Shown one piece after another: positions 28,937-37,114 of a stretch of DNA of 50,538 bases. Source of the DNA: Rhodanobacteraceae bacterium (GTDB lineage Bacteria; Pseudomonadota; Gammaproteobacteria; Xanthomonadales; Rhodanobacteraceae); the NCBI GenBank assembly GCA_025924775.1, contig JAICHS010000001.1, positions 1 to 50,538 of the forward strand, in the 5' to 3' direction. The position numbers and the translations under genes were made by a program. Numbering within the stretch: the stretch's first letter is position 1; each line of letters starts with the position of its first letter. Below the pieces are notes generated by a model. That model made no database searches and was not told where the DNA came from. It saw only the letters and a list, made by a program, of their open reading frames with translations.

Positions 28937-29013
28937 TGGCGACCCCGGCCCGATTCGAACGGGCGACCTTCCCCTTAGGAGGGGGACGCTCTATCCAGCT
29001 GAGCTACGGGGCC
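28937..29013 (-). tRNA. tRNA-Arg (anticodon CCT)
   Basis: Reverse complement is GGCCCCG TA GCTC AGCTGGATA GAGC G TCCCC CTCCTAA GGGGA AGGTC GCCCG TTCGAAT CGGGC CGGGGTC G CCA. This gives a full 77-nt cloverleaf with a 7-bp acceptor (one G-U), a TTCGAAT T-loop, an encoded CCA and anticodon loop CT-CCT-AA. Confidence 0.9.
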
Positions 29014-29129
29014 AGCATCGGGATTTTCGCATGAACCGTCCATGGTGGTGCGGTCCGGTCGGCATCCATGCCTCCCCGGTTGCGTTCGCGCGAGCGTCCA
29101 CTGGACGCTCGCAAGCGCTCGCGCAACCA

Positions 29130-29166
29130 CCAGCTGAGCTACGGGGCCAGCACCGGGATTTTCGCA
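29130..29166 (-). repeat. Duplicated tRNA-Arg leader + first 19 nt of the tRNA (truncated copy, 36/37 identical to 28995..29031)
   Basis: ccagctgagctacggggccagcaCcgggattttcgca (29130..29166) versus ccagctgagctacggggccagcaTcgggattttcgca (28995..29031). The copy diverges after tRNA position 19, so it is not a functional tRNA. Confidence 0.7.
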
Positions 29167-29249
29167 CGGTTGACGGTTTCGCGTGGCATTGACAGCCGCG
29201 CTGCGACGATCGGGCTCTCGCGGGCGTGCCGCCACAGAAGGGCAGTGGA

Positions 29250-30329
29250 ATGGGGCGACGAATCCTGTACGGCATCTATCACTGGGGCCTCGGGCATGCG
29301 ACGCGTAGCGTGGGCCTGATCCGCGCGTTGCTGGCGCGCGGTGATTCCGTGACCATCGTGGTGGCGCCGGGGCCGGGCATGTGCCTGCTGCAATCCGAGC
29401 TTGGCGACGCCTGCGAATTTTTCCCGTTCCGCGACACGCCGGCGCCCTTCAGCCGCTATCCCGCGATCTTCTACTTGCGCATGACCGCGGCGATGCCGTG
29501 GGTGCTGGCGGGTTACCGGCGCGAGCACCACCTCGCCGAAAAGCTGGTGGCCGAGCGACACTTCGACTGCGTGGTGTCCGACAGCCGGCTGGGACTGTGG
29601 TCGGCCGCGGTGCCGAGCTATTGCATCTTCCATTCGATCCACCAGCGCGTGCCGTTTTTCAGTGGGTTTACCGAACGCTTCGTGGAACGTGGGCAGCGCG
29701 ATCTGCTGCGCGGTTTCAGCAAGATCCTGGTCCCGGACGTTGCGGACAACGGCGGCCTGTCGGGCTGGCTGGGCCACGACCCGGTTTTCGATTGGGGCGA
29801 GGGCAGGCTGGTTTACATCGGACCGCTGTCCAGCGTGCCGCGCATGGACGTGGTGCAGGACATCGATGTGTTCTTTTCGGTGTCGGGTATCGAGCCGCAG
29901 CGTGGTCTGCTGGAACGCCTGGTGCTGGCGGCCTTGCCGTACCTGTCCGGGCGGATCGTGGTAACGCTGGGGCGACCGCAGGACGTCGAGGCACGGCGAG
30001 ACATCGGAAGTGTCACGGTATATGGCTACCTCGACCGAAAGCGTCAGGCCGAGATGCTCAACCGCGCCAAGCTGGTGATGACGCGCTCGGGCTACACCAC
30101 GCTTATGGAACTGGCAGGGCTGGGTCGCAAGGCGTTGTTCGTGGCGACGCCGGGGCAGAGTGAGCAGGAATATCTTGCGTACTTCCACCACGAGCGCGGA
30201 CACGTGTGGGCGGTCGAACAAAAACATCTGGACATCCCGCGTGACCTCGAGCGTGCGCGCGCGACCGCCGGCATTCCCCGGATGGACGTCTCGGCGTCAA
30301 TCGGGAATTTTCTGTCCGTCATCGGATGA
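29250..30329 (+). CDS. GT-B fold glycosyltransferase (MurG / MJ1255-like)
   Basis: ORF 29226..30329 (GTG) trimmed to ATG 29250. MGRRILYGIYHWGLGHATRSVGLIRAL is the GxGH loop. The C-terminal nucleotide-sugar block is MTRSGYTTLMELAGLGRKALFVATPGQSEQEYLA. Its 3' end overlaps the convergent HpnL-like gene by 33 nt. Confidence 0.7.
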   Translation: MGRRILYGIYHWGLGHATRSVGLIRALLARGDSVTIVVAPGPGMCLLQSELGDACEFFPFRDTPAPFSRYPAIFYLRMTAAMPWVLAGYRREHHLAEKLVAERHFDCVVSDSRLGLWSAAVPSYCIFHSIHQRVPFFSGFTERFVERGQRDLLRGFSKILVPDVADNGGLSGWLGHDPVFDWGEGRLVYIGPLSSVPRMDVVQDIDVFFSVSGIEPQRGLLERLVLAALPYLSGRIVVTLGRPQDVEARRDIGSVTVYGYLDRKRQAEMLNRAKLVMTRSGYTTLMELAGLGRKALFVATPGQSEQEYLAYFHHERGHVWAVEQKHLDIPRDLERARATAGIPRMDVSASIGNFLSVIG

Positions 30330-31295
30330 GGCGGGTTGCCGGGACTTTGGCATCTCGCGCCACATCAGCCCCACGATCGGCAGGCACAACAGCCAGATGG
30401 CGGCCGTCCACACGATGCGGAAGCCGAGCATCAAGGCCAGTCCGTTGGTGTAGTCGATGCCCCATGCGTGCGCCGCCAGCATGCCCAGCAGCTCTACCGT
30501 GCCGATCTGGCTGAACAGGCCCGCGCCAACCAGAATCATCGCCAGCGAGAACAGGTAAATCGTCGCGGCGGTGAGGTAACCCAACTGGTGCGCATCCATG
30601 CCGCGCCCGACCAGCCAGAAGGCCAGCGTCAACGCACCCAGGTACACCGCCGCCAACACGATGCTGATGGCCAGCATCAAGGGCGTGGACAACTTGCGCA
30701 GGCCCCGCAGCATTTCCAGCCCCGTGTGGGCGCCACGGCGCATCCACGCGCGCGACAGCCTGGCGAGGTGTGGGTGCGCGCGTTCGCCGAACACCACCCC
30801 GCCCGCCAGCAGCAGCGCGAACAGCGCCAGCATGGCCACGGCGATCCAGCGCAGGTCCGGCCAACCGGGGATGCCGACCACCGCCAGAAACAGGTACACC
30901 GCTGCAATTTCGGCCAGCAGCATCATCACGGTCGCGGATGCGCTGCGGCCAATGTGCACGCGCCGCGACGCCGACAGCACCCAGTTTTGCGAAAACAATC
31001 CCAGCGGCAGCGTCACCGTCAACTCGCCGACCGCGAACGCCAGCCAGAACGGCCGCGGTGGAATCCGCACGTCGATCTGGTTGAGCATCAGCTTCAGCTG
31101 CGCGGCCTTGCACACGAGATAACCCGCCGCCGCCGCCAGCGACAGCCACAGCACGCGAGCGGGCAACCTGACGACGCGCGTGAGCACCAGGTGCACGTCG
31201 CCGAGGCTGAAAGCGAACGCCAGCAGCGCCACCGCCAGCAGGATCGGCAGGATCAGCGTCGGCTTCAGCAAGGCGTGCGCCACGGCTTTCAGCAT
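30297..31295 (-). CDS. Polytopic membrane protein, LPG-synthase-TM / UPF0104 family (HpnL-like)
   Basis: 332 aa with about 8 predicted helices (MLKAVAHALLKPTLILPILLAVALLAFAFSLG...). It is the last gene of the hpnH operon (7-nt overlap with the acyltransferase). The HpnL label is by family resemblance plus context, not a search. Confidence 0.6.
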   Translation of the reverse strand: MLKAVAHALLKPTLILPILLAVALLAFAFSLGDVHLVLTRVVRLPARVLWLSLAAAAGYLVCKAAQLKLMLNQIDVRIPPRPFWLAFAVGELTVTLPLGLFSQNWVLSASRRVHIGRSASATVMMLLAEIAAVYLFLAVVGIPGWPDLRWIAVAMLALFALLLAGGVVFGERAHPHLARLSRAWMRRGAHTGLEMLRGLRKLSTPLMLAISIVLAAVYLGALTLAFWLVGRGMDAHQLGYLTAATIYLFSLAMILVGAGLFSQIGTVELLGMLAAHAWGIDYTNGLALMLGFRIVWTAAIWLLCLPIVGLMWREMPKSRQPASSDDGQKIPD

Positions 31296-32593
31296 GGCAA
31301 TACCCGCGCGACGTCGGGTACGAGGTCCTCAAGATTGTTGTCGAGGTAACGCACAACGTTGGCGGGCGTGTGCCAGCCGGGCGGCGCATCGCGCGAGCAG
31401 GCGTTGCGGAAGCGATCGCCCTCGCGGATCAGGAGTTCGCGGCGCTCCAGCCAGCGCAAGCGGGTGTTGACGATGCGGGCGACGCCGGCGTGCGCGAACA
31501 GCGGGTCCAGGCAAGGATGCACGCTGTGCAGCGCCGCATGCGCGTGCACGCACCAGTCCACCAGTTCAGCGCGTGTGAACGCCGTGGGTCCGTGCAGCAA
31601 CCAGTGCGCCAGCAGATGGCTGGGCGTGACCGGCGCCAATCCGAGGATCGCGTGGCGCAGGCCGGCATCGAATGCACGCCGATCCAGCGTGGTATCGGCG
31701 CGAAAGCGTTCGCCGATGCGGATCACGACCCGCGAACGGCCCGGCGCCAGCGTGTCGTAGGCAAGCGCCATCGGCTGGATCCAGGGTGGTGCCGCGGCCA
31801 TGTGCACGAGCCGGAAGAAACCGGCGCGGACGCGGCAGAAATGGCCGTCCATGGAAATGGTGCCTTCGGGCGCGAAGTACACACAGCGTCCCTGGTCCAG
31901 TCGTTGCGCGAAGTGGTCCAGTTGCGTGGTAACGGTGGTCCGCAACCTCGTGGCGATGGCGCGCCGCGCCCCCGGCTGCAAGCGACGCAAACCCCACCAC
32001 CCGTCCAGCGTTGCAGGGGGTGCGCGCGCCAGGCCATCGGCCAGCGCGGCGTGGCGCACCGCAAGCTCGCGCAGGCCGCGCGCATTGAGTAGTTCAGCAC
32101 AATCGGTCTGGCCCAAGCCTGCGTTGCACAGTGCCTGCAGCGCTTCGCCCAGTGTGAATTCCCGCATCCGGCGCATCGGCTCGGCGCGGCCCAGCGGGAA
32201 AAACCAGGTCAGCGAGATGCGCCCAAGCAAGGCCGGCAGCGGTTTGGGCCAGTGCACGGTCAGGCGTGACAGGATGCCGGGGCGGAACAGGTCCTCGCGC
32301 GTGGCGAAGAACGGCAACGGCCATTCAAAGCGCAACCCGCGCCGCCGCACCAGCACGGTGCCCAGCATCGGTCCATCCACGTCGCGCTGGTGGTTGGATG
32401 CAATCATGGTTCCGGGCGCGGTATGGAACGCCTCGGGCAGGATGACGCTACGCCGGTAGAACGCGTCGATCCACAGGTCGAAGCCCAGCTCGAGCAGCCA
32501 GCTGCCGAGCGGATGCGGATCCAGCCCGGCGTCCGGCAGCCACGGGAAGGCCCGGCGCGTTGGGTTCGGCGCAGGGGCGGCGTGGCGTTGCAT
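31289..32593 (-). CDS. PlsC/LPLAT-type acyltransferase with a long C-terminal extension
   Basis: 434 aa. Motif I is IASNHQRDVDGP (HX4D), with FFATREDLF and motif III YFAPEGTIS. About 200 further residues have no motif I recognise. Zero-nt spacing after the GT2 gene. Confidence 0.65.
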   Translation of the reverse strand: MQRHAAPAPNPTRRAFPWLPDAGLDPHPLGSWLLELGFDLWIDAFYRRSVILPEAFHTAPGTMIASNHQRDVDGPMLGTVLVRRRGLRFEWPLPFFATREDLFRPGILSRLTVHWPKPLPALLGRISLTWFFPLGRAEPMRRMREFTLGEALQALCNAGLGQTDCAELLNARGLRELAVRHAALADGLARAPPATLDGWWGLRRLQPGARRAIATRLRTTVTTQLDHFAQRLDQGRCVYFAPEGTISMDGHFCRVRAGFFRLVHMAAAPPWIQPMALAYDTLAPGRSRVVIRIGERFRADTTLDRRAFDAGLRHAILGLAPVTPSHLLAHWLLHGPTAFTRAELVDWCVHAHAALHSVHPCLDPLFAHAGVARIVNTRLRWLERRELLIREGDRFRNACSRDAPPGWHTPANVVRYLDNNLEDLVPDVARVLPC

Positions 32594-33712
32594 TCATGCC
32601 CGTCCGCGCAGATAGCGCCGGCCCTTCCACACCGAGCGCGTGCCGGCGAGGCCGCGTCCCGCGGAATACCAGGTCGCGGCCAGGAAAAAGCCGGCGGCGA
32701 GCGGCAGCAGCAGCGCAGCCAACGGGTTGCGGCGGTAGTACATCAGCGTGGGCAGATAACACGCGAGCAACGCCAGCACGGCCAGCAGCCCGATGGCGGT
32801 GGTGGCCTCGTTGCGGCCGCAGGCAAGCGCCAGCACCGGGACCCAGAACGCCAGGACCAGCAGGACCGAGGCGGCGAGTACCCGCGCCAGCGATTCGTGC
32901 AGCTGCACGAACGCGGTGCGCGCCAGCATGTGCGCGATGTCGCGGAACCCCGCGCGGCGCTCACTGGTGGCGTCGCGGGTCAACCCGATCCAGCAGCGGT
33001 AGCCGGCGTGCTTGAGGTGCGCGGCGAGGGTGCAGTCGTCGATCACGGCGCCGCGCCATGCGGCGAAGCCGCCAACCGCCAGCAGCGCCTCACGCTCGAG
33101 CAGGACCACGCCGCCGGCCGCTGCGGCGACGCGCGATCCGGCGCGGTTGGCCAGCGCAAACGGGTACAGCAGCTTGAAGAAATACACGAACGCCGGCAGC
33201 AGCCAGCGCGCCGCGAGGCCGCGCCAGCATGGCTCGGCGCACAGCGACGCCAGCGCGCAACCTGCATCGACCCGGCGTTGTAGCGGCGCCAGGATTCCGG
33301 GCGCCAGACGGATGTCGGCATCGAGCAGCAACACGCGCGGGGTGGTGACGTGCGCAAGACCTTGTTGCAGCGCCCACAACTTGCCGGTCCACCCGCCAGG
33401 GGGTGGCGTGCCGCGAATGACGCGCAGGTGGCCCAGGCCGCTGGTGCGCGCGATGGCCGCAGTGTCGTCGCTGGATTCATCGTCGACCACGAGCACCGCC
33501 GCGTCCGGCGCGGCCCGTGCCAGCGCGCGCAAGGTCGGGCCGATCACCGCGGCCTCGTTGCGTGCCGGGATCAACACCGTGAAGTCATTGCGCGGCGGCA
33601 CCGCGGGCGCGTCGGCTTCCAGCTGTTCGCGGCACGCCCACGCGCGCCACGGCGCCAGCATTACAGCGATCCAGCCGGCAAGCGCGACAGCGGCAAGGAT
33701 CAGCAGCGGCAT
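32594..33712 (-). CDS. Family 2 glycosyltransferase, hopene-associated HpnB-like
   Basis: ORF 32594..33799 trimmed to ATG 33712 (MPLLILAAVALAGWIAVMLAPW, TM). GT-A core is FTVLIPARNEAAVIGPTLRAL ... VLVVDDESSDDT ... GGWTGKLWALQQG ... LLLDADI. C-terminal TM helices are present. 10 nt downstream of hpnH. Confidence 0.7.
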   Translation of the reverse strand: MPLLILAAVALAGWIAVMLAPWRAWACREQLEADAPAVPPRNDFTVLIPARNEAAVIGPTLRALARAAPDAAVLVVDDESSDDTAAIARTSGLGHLRVIRGTPPPGGWTGKLWALQQGLAHVTTPRVLLLDADIRLAPGILAPLQRRVDAGCALASLCAEPCWRGLAARWLLPAFVYFFKLLYPFALANRAGSRVAAAAGGVVLLEREALLAVGGFAAWRGAVIDDCTLAAHLKHAGYRCWIGLTRDATSERRAGFRDIAHMLARTAFVQLHESLARVLAASVLLVLAFWVPVLALACGRNEATTAIGLLAVLALLACYLPTLMYYRRNPLAALLLPLAAGFFLAATWYSAGRGLAGTRSVWKGRRYLRGRA

Positions 33713-33722
33713 GGCGTTTGCG

Positions 33723-34853
33723 TCAGTGCTGGATGCCGCCGAAGTGCGCGATCGGGACGTCGCTGTGCGGATGCATCGGCGGTGGTGGCGTCGCGTCATA
33801 CATCAGCGGCGGATCGGCGGCGAACGGGCCGGTGAGCTTGGGGCCGCGCAGGCTTGCCCACAATGCCTTCCACGGACGCGCGATCGAATCGGCGGCCGCG
33901 GTGCCCTCGAAACCACAGTGCGCCATGCAGTTGGCGCACTTGGGGTTGCGGCCGACGCCGTAGTGGTCCCAGTCGGTGTTGTCCAGCAGCGCCTGCCAGG
34001 TCGGCTCATAGCCTTCATCCACCAGCAGGTAGCACGGTTTCTGCCAGCCGAACACGTTGCGGCAGGGCATGCTCCACGCGGTGCACTGATAACCCTGGTT
34101 GCCGCACACGAAGTCGATGAACAGGCTCGACTGCGAGAGCGCCCACTTGCGGCGATGCTGCTGCCTGTTGGTGAAGATCTTGCGCATCAGTTCCTTCGAC
34201 TGCCGCCGGCCCATGAAGACGTCCTGGCGCGGTGCATGCTCGTAGGCAAAGCCGGGCGAGAAGGTGATGCCATCGACCTTCAGATCGTTCGTGGCCCAGC
34301 TGAAGAACTCGGCGACCTCATCCGGTTTGGCCGTCTGGAACAGCGTGGTGTTGATGTTGACCCGGAACCCGCGGCGCTTGGCCTCGCGAATGGCGGCGGT
34401 GGCGATGTCGAACACGCCCTCGCGGCCGACGCTTTCATCGTGGCGTTCGCGCATGCCGTCCAGGTGTACCGAAAATGTCAACTGGTCGGACGGCGTGAAC
34501 AGGTCGAGCTTCTGCTGCATCAGGATCGCGTTGGTGCACAGGTACACGTACTTGCCGCGCGCGATGAAGCCATCGACGATGGCCTTGATGTCCTTGTGGA
34601 TGAGAGGCTCGCCGCCAGCCAGCGACACCATCGGCGCACCGCACTCGTCCACCGCCTGCATGCATTCCTCGACCGTGAGGCGTTGCTTCAGGATGTGCGA
34701 GTCGTAGTCGATCTTGCCGCAGCCGGGGCAGGCCAGATTGCACTGGAACAGGGGTTCCAGCATCAGCGTCAGCGGATAGCGCTGAACGCCGCGCAGTTTG
34801 CGCCCGATGATGTAGCTGGCAACCTTGAGTTGCTGACGAATGGGAATGGACAT
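33723..34853 (-). CDS. hpnH: Adenosylhopane synthase, hopanoid-associated radical SAM protein HpnH
   Basis: 376 aa, ATG 34853 with a GGAGG RBS. MSIPIRQQLKVASYIIGRKLRG, then LMLEPLFQCNLACPGCGKIDY (CxxxCxxC) and SLAGGEPL. The C-terminal cysteine-rich tail is CANCMAHCGFEG. Confidence 0.9.
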   Translation of the reverse strand: MSIPIRQQLKVASYIIGRKLRGVQRYPLTLMLEPLFQCNLACPGCGKIDYDSHILKQRLTVEECMQAVDECGAPMVSLAGGEPLIHKDIKAIVDGFIARGKYVYLCTNAILMQQKLDLFTPSDQLTFSVHLDGMRERHDESVGREGVFDIATAAIREAKRRGFRVNINTTLFQTAKPDEVAEFFSWATNDLKVDGITFSPGFAYEHAPRQDVFMGRRQSKELMRKIFTNRQQHRRKWALSQSSLFIDFVCGNQGYQCTAWSMPCRNVFGWQKPCYLLVDEGYEPTWQALLDNTDWDHYGVGRNPKCANCMAHCGFEGTAAADSIARPWKALWASLRGPKLTGPFAADPPLMYDATPPPPMHPHSDVPIAHFGGIQH

Positions 34854-35071
34854 CGCTGCCTCCGCTTCGCGCGTGTGCGTCGAATATTACCGGTGCGCGA
34901 CGCACACCGGTGGGCCGCCGACGATGGTGGACCGGCGCGTGTCAACGCGGCGTTTAGGCGCTGCGCACGGCGGATTCGTTGGGTTTCAGGGCGGATGCGC
35001 CGCCCACCGTTGCTGCGTGCGGCTAGTGTATGCTGGCACGTGATTCCACGGATCGTCAGGAGGCCGTCGCC

Positions 35072-35497
35072 ATGGCTGCCATTGCCGAACGGACGCGGGT
35101 TGCATTGTTCCCCGTCAACGCCGTGCTCGTGGCCGGGGCCACGTCACTGTTCATCGGCGCGCTGCTGAGCGACATCGCCTACTTCCGCAGCTACCAGATC
35201 CAGTGGAACAATTTCTCGTCGTGGCTGCTGGCCGGCGGCCTCGTCATCACCGCACTGGCATTCCTGTGGTCGATCGTCGAGTTGTTCCGTGCCCGCTGGC
35301 GCACGTGGCCGGCCTGGGCCTATTCCGTGTTGCTGCTGGCGACCTGGATAGTCGGCTTCATCGATGCGCTGGTGCACGCCAAGGACGCGTGGGCGACCAT
35401 GCCAGCCAGCCTGGTGCTGTCGGCCATCGTCGTGGCACTGGCGTGCCTGTCACTGGCATTTGCCTGGGCCGGGCTGCGTGCGGGAAGTGCGCGATGA
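35072..35497 (+). CDS. DUF2231-like membrane protein (4 TM)
   Basis: ORF 35030..35497 trimmed to ATG 35072, with the RBS caggagg 8 nt upstream. FPVNAVLVAGATSLFIGALLSDIAYF ... WLLAGGLVITALAFLW. Its stop overlaps the next start (ATGA). Confidence 0.6.
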   Translation: MAAIAERTRVALFPVNAVLVAGATSLFIGALLSDIAYFRSYQIQWNNFSSWLLAGGLVITALAFLWSIVELFRARWRTWPAWAYSVLLLATWIVGFIDALVHAKDAWATMPASLVLSAIVVALACLSLAFAWAGLRAGSAR

Positions 35498-36903
35498 AAC
35501 GCATGAATCTGCTGGCCGTCACCGCCGCTGCGATCCTGCTTGCCGGTTGCAGCGGCGGCAATGCGCCGCCCGAGCAGTACGGCGCCAATCCACAACTCCC
35601 GACCCCGCAGCGCGGCCTGTTGCCCAACATGACGATCGCCAGGCCGGCGGCCTGGGGGGATCGGTTGCCGACGGTGCCGCAGGGTTACGCGGTCAAGGCG
35701 ATTGCGACCGATCTTCGCATTCCGCGCCAGACCCTGGTGCTGCCCAACGGCGACATCCTTGTAGCCGAAGGCCGTGGCGGCAATGCGCCGAAACTGAAAC
35801 CCAAGGATGTGATCGCCAGCTACATCAAGGCCAAGGGTACGAGTCCGGTCAAGGGCGGCAACCGCCTGACCCTGCTGCGCGATGCGAATGGCGATGGCAC
35901 CTACGAATTGAAGACCGTTTTTGCCGATCACCTCAATGCGCCGTACGGATTGGCACTGGTGGGCGACACGCTCTACGTCGCCGACCAGGATGCGCTGGTG
36001 AAGTTCCACTACACCGTCGGCCAGACCCATGCGGACGGCGCGCCGGTCAAAGTCACCGACCTGCCTTCGGCGATCAACCATCACTGGACCAAGGCGTTGG
36101 CCGCCAGCGCGGACGGGCGGTACCTGTACGTCGGCATCGGCTCGAACAGCAACATCACCGAACGCGGCATGACCGCCGAAGTTGATCGCGCGCGGATCTG
36201 GCAGGTCGATCCGCGAACTGGAATGCATCGTGCCTATGCGACCGGCTTGCGCAATCCCACCGCGCTCGCGATCCAGCCCGGCACGGGGGCGCTGTGGGCG
36301 GTGGTGAACGAGCGCGACGAAATCGGCCCAGGCTTGGTGCCCGATTACCTCACCTCGGTGCGCGCGGGCGGCTTCTACGGCTGGCCGTACAGCTACTGGG
36401 GACGACACGTGGACGCCCGCGCCCAGCCGCAGGATCCGCAAAAAGTCGCGTCGGCAATCGTCCCCGACTACAGCCTGGGCTCGCACGTGGCCGCGCTCGG
36501 AGTCGCGTTCTCCTTGCCCGCGATGGGCGCGAAGTTTGCCGACGGCGTGTTCGTCGGCGAGCACGGTAGCTGGAACCGCGCCCATCCGGTTGGCTACAAG
36601 GTAGTGTTCGTGCCGTTCCGCGACGGTCATCCCGCCGGCGATCCGATCGATTTCGTGACGGGCTTTCGTGGCAAGGATGGGTTGACCCGCGGCCGGCCGG
36701 TCGGCGTGAGCGTTGATCCGCGCGGCGCGCTGATCGTTGCCGACGACCTGTCCAACACGATCTGGCGGGTGACGCCCGTCAAACCGGCAGCCGCAGCCAA
36801 CCCGCCCGAGTCCATGCCGGCGCCCCGCGAGGCACCACCGGCGGCACCCGCGACCGCGCCTGCTGCGGCGACGCCCCGTGCGCCCGGCGTGCCACAGGCG
36901 TAA
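35494..36903 (+). CDS. PQQ-dependent sugar dehydrogenase (sorbosone / soluble aldose dehydrogenase family) lipoprotein
   Basis: ATG 35494 inside ORF 35203..36903. MKRMNLLAVTAAAILLAGC|SGG is a lipobox. Beta-propeller blocks are PRQTLVLPNGDILVAEGRG, APYGLALVGDTLYVADQDALV, HWTKALAASADGRYLYVGIGSNSN, GLRNPTALAIQP, GFYGWPY and GEHGSWNR. There is a Pro/Ala-rich C-tail. Confidence 0.8.
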   Translation: MKRMNLLAVTAAAILLAGCSGGNAPPEQYGANPQLPTPQRGLLPNMTIARPAAWGDRLPTVPQGYAVKAIATDLRIPRQTLVLPNGDILVAEGRGGNAPKLKPKDVIASYIKAKGTSPVKGGNRLTLLRDANGDGTYELKTVFADHLNAPYGLALVGDTLYVADQDALVKFHYTVGQTHADGAPVKVTDLPSAINHHWTKALAASADGRYLYVGIGSNSNITERGMTAEVDRARIWQVDPRTGMHRAYATGLRNPTALAIQPGTGALWAVVNERDEIGPGLVPDYLTSVRAGGFYGWPYSYWGRHVDARAQPQDPQKVASAIVPDYSLGSHVAALGVAFSLPAMGAKFADGVFVGEHGSWNRAHPVGYKVVFVPFRDGHPAGDPIDFVTGFRGKDGLTRGRPVGVSVDPRGALIVADDLSNTIWRVTPVKPAAAANPPESMPAPREAPPAAPATAPAAATPRAPGVPQA

Positions 36904-37114
36904 ATACGACGCCATGCCGGGATTTGTGGAAGGCGCGTGCCGTCTCTCTCGTGGGCGTGGCCTGGTCGGGCCAGGTGCGCGAGCCGAGTGGGGACGCGTT
37001 CGGCTCGATGGCGATGGTTGCGCCTGATCTGCCGCGCGCCGATTGTGGTCGCGCAGCAACCGCAACATCGCGGGGAAAACGTAGGAAGCTTGGGTGTGGC
37101 GCGCCGCTTTCGAC

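Noticed and set aside
29130-29166. A second tRNA-Arg gene or an intron-split tRNA upstream of the first
   Set aside because: Identity to the tRNA stops after position 19, at the end of the D-loop. No anticodon arm, T-arm or 3' acceptor half follows. The downstream tRNA (28937..29013) is complete by itself, so no split-gene model is needed. I kept it as a repeat.
33012-35168. 718-aa plus-strand ORF spanning hpnB/hpnH
   Set aside because: It is antisense to HpnH (CxxxCxxC radical SAM, strong RBS) and the GT2 gene. The composition is Arg/Ala-rich and there is no domain signature.
36904-37114. 211-bp convergent spacer between the PQQ dehydrogenase and idi as a possible sRNA or terminator locus
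   Set aside because: It contains only short, imperfect stems (e.g. cgagccga…tcggctcg) without U-tracts or conserved-looking structure. There is not enough to call a feature.
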